A stretch of 64,000 bases of DNA from an uncultured Nitrososphaerales archaeon (GTDB lineage: Archaea; Thermoproteota; Nitrososphaeria; Nitrososphaerales; Nitrososphaeraceae): assembly GCA_963713605.1 (NCBI GenBank), contig CAVQMO010000001.1:1056001-1120000 (forward strand), written 5' to 3'. Position numbers and translations under genes: made by a program. The notes below the pieces were generated by a model. It searched no databases and was not told the DNA's origin. It was given only the letters and a program-made list of their open reading frames with translations. Shown in pieces: positions 31,541 to 42,603 of the stretch (positions are counted from its first letter, which is position 1; the number at the start of each line of letters is the position of its first letter).

Positions 31541-34500
31541 CTATGATCCAATGTACGGCCTTAGGTAATCAAAGGTAGGAGTATGAGTCCTAATCCATTC
31601 CAAAGTGTTAATAAATGTAGCAGCTGATTCGACCGTGGTCAGAACTGGTATTCCGAGTTCGACGGCCTTCCTACGTATCTGATATTCATCATCTAGCATC
31701 CCAACATATTTTTCAATTGTAGATGTCGATGGAATATTGATAATGAAATCGATCTGGCGTTTAAAAAGCAATTCTGAAATATTGGGTTTTCTGAGAGGTT
31801 CGCTAATTTTGTATACTCTTTCAACTGGACGAATGTTAAAATTTTCCATAAAATCTGCGGTGTGTTCTGTAGCCATAATTGAGTACCCCATGTTACCGAT
31901 CTTTCGTGCAAGTGGAAGAAGTCTTTCTTTGTTAATAGGTCCTCCAGCAGTTATCAAAACTCTACCGTGGAGTGGCAAGTTGAATCCGGCCGCAATGTAG
32001 GCTTTCGACAGCGCATCGTGAAAACTTGACCCAAAACAGGCTACTTCCCCTGTAGATTGCATTTCGACACCAAGGACAATATCTGCACCCTCGAGCTGCC
32101 ATAAAAGAAAATTGAGGAACTTTTATGCCGAAACCGGACTTTCTTAACCAACTGTCGCCACGATCGACAGGCAGTTTTCTTCCCATCACGGCTTGGGCCG
32201 CCAGTGAAATTAGATTTATGCCTGTAAATTTTGATACGAATGGCATTGACCTAGAAGCCCGGATGTTGGCTTCTATCACGAACACCTGGCCTTCCTTTAC
32301 CAAATACTGTATATTGAAAGGTCCTATTATTTTCATCGCCACTCCAATTCTTTTGCTGTATTCAGTGATCGTTTCTATAGTTTCTCTGTCTAACCTCCAA
32401 GGAGGAATGCACATCATGGCGTCTCCCGAGTGTACACCAGCGTTGTCGATATGTTCGATAACTGATCCAATTACAACGCTTTGTCCGTCTCCCACTGCAT
32501 CAACCTCCACTTCTGAAGCGTTTTCCAAAAACTTTGTCATAACAATTGGGTGATCAGGGCTTATGTTAGTAGCCTCAGTCAAGAATTTCTTCAATTGCTC
32601 AGGGGTCCAGACAACTTTCATTGCAGCACCGCTAAGCACATAAGAAGGTCTAACGAGTAGAGGGTATTTCACTATTTCTGCAAATGATCGAGCTTTATTT
32701 AAGCTCGTGAATTTTTTCCAAGCTGGCTGTTTTATACCCAAAGAATCAAGCAGGATTCCGAACTTAGATCGATCTTCAGCCTGGTCCACACTCGCGGCAG
32801 ATGTTCCTATGATGTTGATATTCGCAGAAGCTAACCTTGGAGTTAGTATATTTGCAGTCTGGCCCCCAACGCAAGTCACTATCCCATCAGAATTTTCTCT
32901 TTCGCAAATGTCCATTACTCTTTCAAATGTTAGTTCTTCGAAATACAAGCGGTCGCAAATATCGTAATCGGTGGAGACAGTCTCAGGGTTACAATTTATG
33001 ATTATGACTTCCTTGCAACCATTGTCTTTTAGGCCCCAAACCATATTAACAGTGCCCCAATCAAATTCTACACTGCTACCTATCCTGTATGGTCCTGCGC
33101 CTAGGACTATCACCTTTGAAGGCACACCCCTAGCTCGGGGCTCGCTAGCCTTCATATTAGGTATTAATGTCTTACCCTTTCTTTTTAAATCACAATGAAC
33201 GTCATCAAATTGACCGCCGTAAGTGAGATAAAGATAGTTGGTCCTTGCTGGCCATTCAGCAGCTAAAGTATCAATTTGTTTGGTAACAGGCAGGATCATC
33301 AACTTCTTTCTTAGTAATCTAACATCGATCTCGTCGATGTTCGAGCAATTGGCAATTTGGACGTCTGAGAATCCCATTTTCTTTGCTTCGAGTAATGTAT
33401 TCTTATCGAGACTTGAAGTTCTCAGCTTTTTCTCAGTCATGATTATTGTTTGTATCTTGTTTAGAAACCAAGGATCTATTGATGAAAGCGAGTTGACACG
33501 TTTCACTGACATGCCTATCTTCAATGCTCTAACCACATCAAAAAGGATCTCGTCTGTCGGATGCAATAGAGCTTGTTCGAGTGATTCAATCTCGTAATTT
33601 CCTATACTATTATTACTATCACTATTACTGTTACTATTACCACTATTACTATTGGTATTACTATTCTTAATACCAATTCCCATAGATGAAGATAAGTGCC
33701 CTAAAGAGGTAACTGGTTGGGAATTTACATCAGGACTAGGTAGATTACTCTTGTTTTCCGCCCAATTTGGATCCAAGGCATTATTCGAATCAATTCGCTC
33801 TCTCCGTTTTGACGTCAGAAGCGGCTTTCTCTGTTGCATTAGATTATTTGTCCCATAACTTTGATCATCGGTAACGAATGTAGAAAAATTATTACCGTCT
33901 GACCCATCATTATCATTCCTAGAATTGGAAACAAGGCCATGTTTTCCATTGTCGCACATTCTCACTGCCTTTTGAAGTACCTCTTCAAAACTCCTACCAA
34001 TCGCCATAACCTCTCCAACTGATTTCATTGTGCTGCCCAGTCTCTTTTTTACCAATTCAAATTTCTTGAAATCCCACCTAGGCATCTTCAGTACAATGTA
34101 GTCCAATGAAGGCTCAAAGCATGCTGTTGTAGCTTTCGTGACAGTGTTAACTAATTCAGGGAGTGAGTATCCTAAACTTACCCTTGCGGCCATGTATGCT
34201 AACGGATATCCGGTAGCCTTACTGGCCAATGCGGAGGATCTAGATAACCGCGCATTTACCTCGATAACACAATAGTTTTCTGAACTGGGGTCAAGCCCGA
34301 ACTGAATGTTGCACTCCCCAATGATATCACATTTCTTGGTGGCTTTCAGTGCGGCGCTGCGAAGTGTATGATATTCGTAGTTGTTTAGTGTCTGTGAAGG
34401 AGCCACGACTATGTTATCCCCCGTGTGAACCTTCATAGCTAAAACATTCTCCATATTACATACAATTACACTGTTTCCATGGTGGTCTCTCATCACTTCA

Positions 34501-35181
34501 TATTCAATCTGCTTCCAAGATCCTACATATTTTTCAATTAGAACCTGTCGAACTACGCTAAGAGCAAGTCCTCGCTGTACTATCTCCTGTAACTCATAAT
34601 CATTGTAGGCAACACCGCCGCCTCGTCCACCCAGTGTATATGCAACCCTTATGATTACCGGATATCCTATTCGCTCAGCAATTTGTTGGGACTCTTCAAT
34701 GGAGTTCGCTGATGAGCTTTCAAGAACTGGAAGCCCACATTCAACCATTCTATCTTTGAAAAGTTGTCTATCTTCGGTGGTTTGAATACCGTGAATTTGA
34801 GTGCCTAATACCTTTATTCCATATTTCTTGAGGATCCCATTCTTCTCCAACGCAACGCCACAGTTTAAGGCTGTCTGGCCTCCAAAGCTCAACATTATAG
34901 AATCTGGGCGTTCGAGTTCGATTATGCTAGTTACATATTCAAGGTTAACGGGCAAGAGATATACTCGATCCGCAAATCTGCTATCGGTTTGAATAGTCGC
35001 AATATTTGGATTGATTAATAGAGTGTTTATGTTATCTTCCCTTAACGCTTTGAGGCATTGAGAACCAGAGTAATCGAACTGGCGGTCTTCGTTTTACCGA
35101 ATGACTTTCGCCTGCTTCTCCGATCTTAATTGCCCCGCTACCAAGGACTAGAACTTTCTTGATATTTTCATGTTTTCCCAA
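31541..35181 (-). CDS. carB: Carbamoyl-phosphate synthase large subunit; exon 1 35181-35107, exon 2 35078-31541 with a +1 frameshift ~32099; about 1203 aa after correction
   Basis: MGKHENIKKVLVLGSGAIKIGEAGE|FDYSGSQCLKAL...NPNIATIQT, GGQTALNC, HTGD, IEVNARLSRSSALASKATGYP, second ATP-grasp domain, C-terminal MGS domain (EMQSTGEV). Confidence 0.95.
33606..33665 (-). repeat. Imperfect AATAGT-type hexamer repeat encoding an Asn/Ser tract within CarB
   Basis: actattattactatcactattactgttactattaccactattactattggtattactatt; encodes NSNTNSNSGNSNSNSDSNNS. Confidence 0.8.
35079..35106 (-). other. Candidate 28-nt bulge-helix-bulge/loop mRNA intron in carB
   Basis: AGUCAUUCGGUAAAACGAAGACCGCCAG lies between Glu25 (GAA) and Phe26 (UUC); central helix GGCG/CGCC, bulges AAA and AGU, intron stem GUC/GAC plus UUCG/CGAA. 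Confidence 0.85.
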
Positions 35182-35513
35182 ATCTCCAATCCCCCGTAAA
35201 TCCCACTACATCCAAAAAAATATTATTCTGCTGCAGAGTGAATAAATCTTTAAGGATTGAAAGCTCTACATCCAGATTTTGATGCATTTCTCGAGTATTA
35301 GATCATGAATTGTTCCATATTATTGTATTCTTTTGTCTATAGTTGATCCAAACTATTTGCAGAACTGAATTGTACCAACAGATCTTCAGCATCTACATCA
35401 TTAACGCTACCTGCTGGTCTAGCAATTAACTATCCATTCCAATAATCTGGTTTAATTCCAGTATTCCGAGTAAAGTTATTGTTTTAGATAATGCAATTCC
35501 TATGATCATTGTC

Positions 35514-36905
35514 TCAATGAGTTGCTGTCAGATTGTAATAATTCTTGATAATGTCTCTGAATTTTTCAAAGACAAACATACAATCATATGGCCCTGGTGA
35601 AGCCTCAGGGTGAAATTGTACGCCGATGATAGGTTTGGTATTATGTTGAATGCCTTCTACGGTTTCGTCATCGGGATTATAAAACCAAGTAGTAAAATCT
35701 GTTTTCTGTAGGCTCAACGTATCTATTCCATAGCCATGATTTTGACTCGTTATGTAGGTAGTATTGTCGTTTTTGTCGATGCAGGGTTTATTTTGACCTC
35801 GATGGCCATATTTTAGCTTGTATGTTTTTGCCCCGGCCGCAAGTGCCAGAATCTGATTACCAAGACAGATACCTAAAGTTGGTATCGATTCTTCAATTAA
35901 TCTTTTGGCCGTGTTGATAGTTGCTGAGCAAATCTCTGGGTCGCCTGGTCCGTTGCTTATAACGACCCCAGCTGGATCATAAGCCTTAAGAGAATCATAT
36001 TTAGTGTCCCAAGGTAGCCTGACTACTGAGAATCCCAGCGATAAGATGTTACGGACTATACTAAATTTCGTTCCAGTATCTAGTAGAACTATTCTCTTAG
36101 TGCTGGAGCTTTTGATATCTTCGACAGCAGGATCATAAAACTTGACTGCTTCAGTCGAAACCTCGGGCATAAAGTTTACTCCCTCATAACTTGAACCTTC
36201 AAGACGCTCTTTAATCCTTGGCAAATTCAACCTGATCCCCCGGGCTGTTGCCCTTATTTCCCCGTCAACTGCAACAGGCTTTCGAGCCTTCTTTGGACTA
36301 CCTATTGCCTCGACGTTTATAGCACCCATCATCACTCCATGCGATCGAAGTCGTTTGGTTAATTCACGGGTATCAACTCCATATATCCCAGGTATCTTTT
36401 GATCGTATAGCCATTCATCAAGGGTCCTAATAGAACTCCAATGACTAGCACTAAATGAAAGATTCTGAACAATCAATCCTCTGACCTGAATGGACATAGA
36501 TTCGAAAAATCTAGGAAGTCCAAATTGATCTTTCAAGTTGAAATCAGGGACGCCATAATTTCCAATCAATGGATATGTTAAGCATAAGATTTGGCCTCTG
36601 TAAGAAGGATCCGTTAGTGTCTCAGTATATCCTACCATACCTGTGTTAAAAACTACTTCCCCTTCCATATACGTTGGGAACCCAAAGCCGATGCCTCTCA
36701 TCGTCAATCCATCCTTCAACACAAGGTATCCCGTAAGCTTAGAATCAGACCCTATCAGATTGGTGAAATTTGAACCCTTCAGCCAATTTGAATTGACGAG
36801 ATTTAAACTTTCTTGTTGAAAATGATTACCGTAGGCATTGCACGGGATTAAATAGCCAGTTTCTAACCATGGTTCTGTAGCTATCAGAGACCGAACCAAA
36901 CTCAC
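35514..36905 (-). CDS. carA: Carbamoyl-phosphate synthase small subunit (true start may be downstream of 36905)
   Basis: GEVVFNTGMVGY.E.LTDPSY.GQ, SNGPGDP, GICLGNQ, YGHRGQN, QNHGY, QFHPEASPGP. Confidence 0.95.
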   Translation of the reverse strand: MSLVRSLIATEPWLETGYLIPCNAYGNHFQQESLNLVNSNWLKGSNFTNLIGSDSKLTGYLVLKDGLTMRGIGFGFPTYMEGEVVFNTGMVGYTETLTDPSYRGQILCLTYPLIGNYGVPDFNLKDQFGLPRFFESMSIQVRGLIVQNLSFSASHWSSIRTLDEWLYDQKIPGIYGVDTRELTKRLRSHGVMMGAINVEAIGSPKKARKPVAVDGEIRATARGIRLNLPRIKERLEGSSYEGVNFMPEVSTEAVKFYDPAVEDIKSSSTKRIVLLDTGTKFSIVRNILSLGFSVVRLPWDTKYDSLKAYDPAGVVISNGPGDPEICSATINTAKRLIEESIPTLGICLGNQILALAAGAKTYKLKYGHRGQNKPCIDKNDNTTYITSQNHGYGIDTLSLQKTDFTTWFYNPDDETVEGIQHNTKPIIGVQFHPEASPGPYDCMFVFEKFRDIIKNYYNLTATH

Positions 36906-36952
36906 TTAAAAGTAGCGAACAGGTTAAATGGAGTATACATTACGTCTATAAT

Positions 36953-37912
36953 ATGAGAGGCAACCCTCCCCTATTCTATTCTCTACTTACCATTGTTATG
37001 ATGTTTGCTCTATTCCAAATAGGCATTGCAGGATCGGAATTCTTGTCTGAAGCTAATGGAGCAAATGATGCCTTTAGCGTACAAGAAGCAAATTCTACAA
37101 GTCACAAAAAAGATATCTTTGGTGTAACAGAAATATACCCTACTGTGAGCGGAGGAAGGGAATGGTTCGTGAATATGACTAATCCTGCAAATAGTACACA
37201 TTTTAGTGAAACAGGAGGTTTTGAGCTATTAAGACAGAATGACGGCTCTTGGAGAGCTAACTCAACCCACGTTAGGCTGGTCGTGGAGACTCCACAAAAT
37301 ATGACCGAGTGGAAGAATGTGGAAATCACTGGTTATGCGAAGTTGAGCCTACCGACCAACGTTAACTCGACCTCATCTATTGATTCAAATTCCATTAACT
37401 CTACGGCAAACAATAGCGAATCGGGAGAAATTGATGATTTGGCATTCATAGGCCGTAGTGGCAGACATAGCTCAGAAGTTCCTTGTGAAGGGACCGCCTA
37501 CGTAGGCGGCTTACACAATGAAGGATCAGTAGGATGGAAGAAGGAGATATGGCACACAGGCGGATATACTGATGAACGAGCAAAGAATATTGTTACTGAG
37601 CCATTATTAGATCGGTGGGTGGGATGGAAAGTGATAATTTATGACATTCAGGTGAATAACCAAACGGCAGTGAAATTAAAATCATATCTAGATGACCATA
37701 ATAATGACAGTTGGAAAAAGGTCACTGAAATAATTGACAACGGAGGTTGGTACTCAAGAAGCACAGATGAAGAGTTTTTTAAAGCGGATTGTGGGAAGGC
37801 GAGAGATCATATTATCGCCGAAGCAGGTCCTTTTGTAATATTTAGAACTGATAATCTTATTCTTGATTTTAAAAACTTAAGTGTAAGAGAGATTGATCCT
37901 CCATCGGCTTAA
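36953..37912 (+). CDS. Secreted Trp-rich beta-sandwich-like protein of unknown function
   Basis: N-terminal signal/TM; many NxS/T sequons; DIFGVTEIYPT..GREWF, WKNVEITGY, WKKEIWH.GGY, FRTDN...FKNLSVREI. Confidence 0.75.
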   Translation: MRGNPPLFYSLLTIVMMFALFQIGIAGSEFLSEANGANDAFSVQEANSTSHKKDIFGVTEIYPTVSGGREWFVNMTNPANSTHFSETGGFELLRQNDGSWRANSTHVRLVVETPQNMTEWKNVEITGYAKLSLPTNVNSTSSIDSNSINSTANNSESGEIDDLAFIGRSGRHSSEVPCEGTAYVGGLHNEGSVGWKKEIWHTGGYTDERAKNIVTEPLLDRWVGWKVIIYDIQVNNQTAVKLKSYLDDHNNDSWKKVTEIIDNGGWYSRSTDEEFFKADCGKARDHIIAEAGPFVIFRTDNLILDFKNLSVREIDPPSA

Positions 37913-38341
37913 ATGAATAGTGCAATATCGTCTGCGAATAGTTCGGTAAGTGCTTACAGAGGATTCATCCTATGTTGAATCCATGCGGTCTCACAAATGT
38001 AGTTCTTTTAATATTTTCGGCTGGAGATTAGATACTGCCGACAGGCCGACTACCTTAGTCTTTCTTGAGTTTTTTGGCAGCTTCCAGTATTATCTTTGCT
38101 ACATCACGCTCAATACCAAGTGAAGAGGCAAGATGATCAACATCAGATGATATAATAGAGTCGAACGTAAATCCCGACCTCGTCAACACTCTTTGAGCCC
38201 ATCAGGAATTTCTAGTTCCTGAATTGTATATTCCATAACAAAAGTAATTTTGGACATACTAATATACTCTTCTAGTAAATTTATATATAGATGATATGGG
38301 CATCACAGAAATATCTTTTGGCTTATGAGTAGTTTGTCATA

Positions 38342-38599
38342 TTGGCGCAGCGGTCATCGGTATTTGATAGCATAGACGATTGGAGTCTAATAATAAATTC
38401 TAGACGCGAGGCAAGTACCTCAGATCAAGCGTTGTGTGGTAGAGTGGTGGCAGAATTCAAAGATGCAATAGTTGTCTTAAATTTTGGTCGATACCAGACA
38501 AATAAATTTTTAGTTCCTAAATCAAAAGTGGATGGATTTGACGGAACACTTGTACACCTTAAAATTCCTCAAATGAATCTAATCTCGTTCTGCTACTAA
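38342..38599 (+). CDS. Small hypothetical protein, PRC-barrel-like
   Basis: GRVVAE...IVV...FLVPKSKVDGFDG.LV.L pattern. Confidence 0.6.
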   Translation: MAQRSSVFDSIDDWSLIINSRREASTSDQALCGRVVAEFKDAIVVLNFGRYQTNKFLVPKSKVDGFDGTLVHLKIPQMNLISFCY

Positions 38600-39057
38600 G
38601 ATACACCCACCATTCCCGTTGACATTGAACAAAAAGAGTAATATCGCCTTGAGTTAGCCTTGAAATAGTGCGCAATGCTTTCCAATGAAAATAGAAACGT
38701 ATTCATCCACGGTATAGATTTTTCACGACCTCTAAAACACATTGCTCATGGCACTACTTTCTCCTAAACACGCAGAATTTCTCTGCTGATACTTTCGTAT
38801 ACATTCAAAAAGAAAACGAAATGGTCAGCACACCGTTGGTGTGAGAAATAGTTGTTACCCTTTCAAACACCAATTTGGGTGGCAATGATATTGCTTAAGT
38901 AATTGCTTCCGAGCAATTTGAGCTTATTATCTTATTAGGGGGATACTTCAGCCAGACGTAAGTGCAGGATTCGCAATAAGATATTGTTCCATGACTTCTC
39001 TAACCAAGCTTTTTCAATACTTAACACAAGTTTAAGCTATGGCCTATAATCAATCTA

Positions 39058-41767
39058 TCAATCATGACGTATATATGAAATTACTAAAATTGTCCCAAAT
39101 GCGCCAATGTAAAACCCCATGCCCACCAACAGAGTATTGTTAAGCCCTACCACCATCGCCGAAATGACTGCAAGGACGGAACCTATCACTGAGGCAATAA
39201 TGTTAACACCCCAGATTAGTGTTACATTGTGATCTTCGGTTTCGTTGATCTCTTCCGACGCAGCTCTATTGGAATCAGCAGTTTTACTATTGGAGCCAAT
39301 TTGACTCTGTATAGCATCGGCATATTTTCTCTTGTATTTAGTCGATATGCGAATGATAGATGGAAATTGGAATCCCATTAGAAAACCCATTGGTGTAAGA
39401 AATATGACACTAAGGGTGATTCGTTCGTAGATTGATAGGACTATACTCTGATATATTACATCATTTATGAGGAAATAGTATGAAATGGTTACTACGATTA
39501 GGAATGGAATGGAAATAAGAATTGCTCTCTCAGGCCTAGCGGGGAATAACTTTCCACTGGCGAATGATCCTATTCCTGTAGCAACCAATATTGAGAAGAG
39601 AATGACTGTTAATGCCAAGACCGGGGTTCCCAGGATCAATAAGAATTTCTGGATCAAAGTGATTTCAAAGAACATGAAACCCAAACCAATACAAGTGGCG
39701 AAAACTAAATAGTACTTGTTTGATAACAGAACTGATACCATATCAATCTTATTTAATTTAGAATAGTAAATCAAAATAGTAAACAAAACCCCAGAAAGAA
39801 TAAGTACAGTGGTAAATAGTATTATTAGCTGTGATGGGATTCGTTCTCTTGCGAAGAAAAAGGGAGAATCATCTGTGGGAGGAGGAAGAGAAGAAAAGCT
39901 TGAATTTTCGTTCCCCCCAAGCGACCCAATTGGCCTTAAATTGTTAGTAAGTGCTTCTTCAAATTCAGTTCGCACGTAGTCAGTGGGTAATAGTATAGTT
40001 CTAGCATTTCTTTCAGAGACTCTTTGTTTGACTATTTCCAGTTCTTCTGTTGAAAAGGCGCTATCTTTAATCATCACTAATACGGGATAGATTGAGCCTT
40101 CACTTGAAGGCAAGAAGTAAAGGCCGGGTTTATTTTCTACTATGATTATCTTATTCAGAATGTCTTGGTTTTCGTCTAAGATACTAGCCGTTGATCCATT
40201 TCTTTGGCCAATCGATGATTCATAACTGTCTTCACGAAGAGATTCATAAATCAAAGGTATCAGCCTCGGCAATTCTATGTTCCATCGTATCATCACTAAC
40301 ATGCCATGATCTTCATTCAAATGTTCCAGATATTGTTTGAATGCTTCTACCGTGTATAGGTAATTCTCAGACAACGCATATCCACCGGCAAGTTGCGCTG
40401 CCCATGAATCCACAAGCTTAATCATAATCAGGTCGAAACTTGAATCTGTACCACTTAGGTATCTTCTCCCTTCATCAATTACCAATTCCACCTGATCTCG
40501 GTCATACAAGTTGCCAGCAGCCTGACCAAACTGTTTTGCTGCTTCAATGATTAACGGGTTTATTTCAACTGCGGTTACATTTTTTGATCCTCCTGCCAAG
40601 GATGTAAGAACATCTTCGCCTCCCCCACTACCAATTACTAAGGTTGAGTTAGTCTCTGAAATCTCATAAGGCAAGAAATCCATGTAACCCCTGATCCATT
40701 CCAGATCCTGTGATGTCCCATTCCAACGTATAACTGGTGTGTCAGCATCGGCATCTATCGCAATGGCAGCTAGGGCCCTTAACCTCCCTGAGGCATCTAA
40801 GCTTTGAGATTGAGTCGTATTGTGTATTTGGCGTGTCACATCAATCCTTGAAAATGAATTCCACTCTGTAAAAAGATGCTCAAAACCCTGTGGATTTGAA
40901 AGCTGATAATATAATCCTTTTTTCTCTCCTGGTTTAATTGAAATCAAATCTGCATGTGAGGAACTCAATGCCAGAATCACTGAAAGTATAATTACAAGAC
41001 CCAAGGAAATCAATAACAATCTAATTAATTGCGTCCTGGGCCCATGGCTAATAATGGTGTTACTATGATTTAGACCTTGTTCTGTATTTGAATACTGTCT
41101 ATTGCGTAGACTCAGATCTGCCCATCTGAAGACAGACTTTTTGAATATTAGTGTTCGTGGTACGTGAATAGAAAAGTAAGTATTATTTCCGCGCATGACA
41201 AATATTCCAAGCACACAAGTCACGGATACCAGCAGGGAAACAAAAACTAGGGTGTATTCGGCTCCAAAACCTCTAAGCAATGGGTCCAACAAAAGCGTGG
41301 CAGCTCGCAGATCCCATTAAGTCAAGAAAATAAAGCCTACTGATTTCTCTTGGTCTGGTATAAAAAATAAGAGCTATGGTAATACCTGCAAATAAGAATG
41401 GTAATGATGAGGCGAGGTAGAAAAGGTAAAGAAAATCCACACTAGGCGGAATGAAATAGCTCGTTACAATTAGGAAAACCCCAATAGATATCGCAAAACC
41501 CAAAGAAGATTTTAGCAAATAGATCGGAACTTTTTCCCTTCGCAGACGATTCTTAGCGATGTGAACAACGAGTGAACCTATACCAAGGCCAAAAAAAGCG
41601 ATTGATATGGCCATAAATGCATAGTCATACCAGAGAATTATTGAGAAGATTCTAGTGAGAGTGAGCTCTAAAAGTAATACACTCGATGATATTACTGCAA
41701 GAAGGATGGCGTAAAATAATACCAGCGAGGTGCCAACAATCAATCCATGTTGAAACACCAACCCCAT
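39058..41767 (-). CDS. Multi-TM membrane protein fused to a spermidine-synthase-like SAM-binding domain; +1 frameshift ~41305
   Basis: LLELTLTRIFS, LYFLDLMGSAA, WNSFSRIDV, LVIGSGGGED, VEINP, DEGRRYL, ENYLYTVEAF, PTDDSPFFF, WGVN..ASV.G. Confidence 0.85.
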
Positions 41768-41897
41768 CTAAATTTATTACTAAGTAAATTTACCCTTGAA
41801 ATAGAAGTTTATGATTAGGAAAAGATGACTTCTAACGTTGAGATAATTCTAGCCTGAACCTGATATCGTTCAATTTGATTGCGAATCCCTTGAAATG

Positions 41898-42050
41898 CTA
41901 AGGAATAAAGTACACAATGAAACTGGCGCCTATAATCGCAGTTACAATCAAGGCCGTGATTATTATCCCCTTCTTAGTAGTCTTTCGTCTCTTTAGCGGT
42001 CGATCTACCACTTTATCATCAATATTTCTCCGATTATTATCCTGTTCCAA
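41898..42050 (-). CDS. Small protein with C-terminal TM helix (50 aa), absent from ORF track
   Basis: MEQDNNRRNIDDKVVDRPLKRRKTTKKGIIITALIVTAIIGASFIVYFIP*. Confidence 0.55.
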   Translation of the reverse strand: MEQDNNRRNIDDKVVDRPLKRRKTTKKGIIITALIVTAIIGASFIVYFIP

Positions 42051-42411
42051 ACAGTTTCATCACCTTACTGATATTTAATCTATATCAGAAACTGGCAATT
42101 ATAAACGTGACTATTAATTCATGTTGGATTTGACTTTCACTTGTAATACAGTGAGACACGAAATGTATGGATTCATTCAAGAATTCTACGATGTGCATCC
42201 TTCTCAGGCTCTTGCCATGTTTTCTCTGCAAATTAGCCTAAATCAAATGAATCATAGTAATAATGTTATCGCATTATGCCATAATGTTGCTTGCTCATTG
42301 TCTACTTTGGATTCAGGCAGCGACTGATAAGAAGATCAGCTTAATTTTTTCAATTAATTAGCCGCACTAAATTATCGTATTGAATTTTTAATTAATTAAC
42401 AAAGACACCTT

Positions 42412-42603
42412 GTGATGAGCGTGTCCTTCGTTACAGAATTAAGAGAAAGAATTGTTATCCTTCAGGAGGCTTTAGATTCAGAAAAAAACCTGCGGAAAAG
42501 GCTATATGATGAAAACCAGGTGCTAATTGATGAAAACCGAGAAATGGCTGATCAATTAGAGGCATTGAGAGCTCATTTGGAGGACATAGAGAAGTTAAGA
42601 TAG
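42412..42603 (+). CDS. Small coiled-coil protein
   Basis: Heptad-like L/E/R pattern throughout. Confidence 0.6.
   Translation: MMSVSFVTELRERIVILQEALDSEKNLRKRLYDENQVLIDENREMADQLEALRAHLEDIEKLR

Noticed and set aside
33595..33925. CarB insertion as an intein
   Set aside because: No His-Asn plus Cys/Ser/Thr junction and no Hint or LAGLIDADG blocks; the sequence is low complexity.
35079..35106. carB insertion as a sequencing error or local duplication
   Set aside because: It does not copy flanking sequence, is 28 nt rather than 1 nt, and its pairing predicts cut sites that exactly restore the conserved motif.
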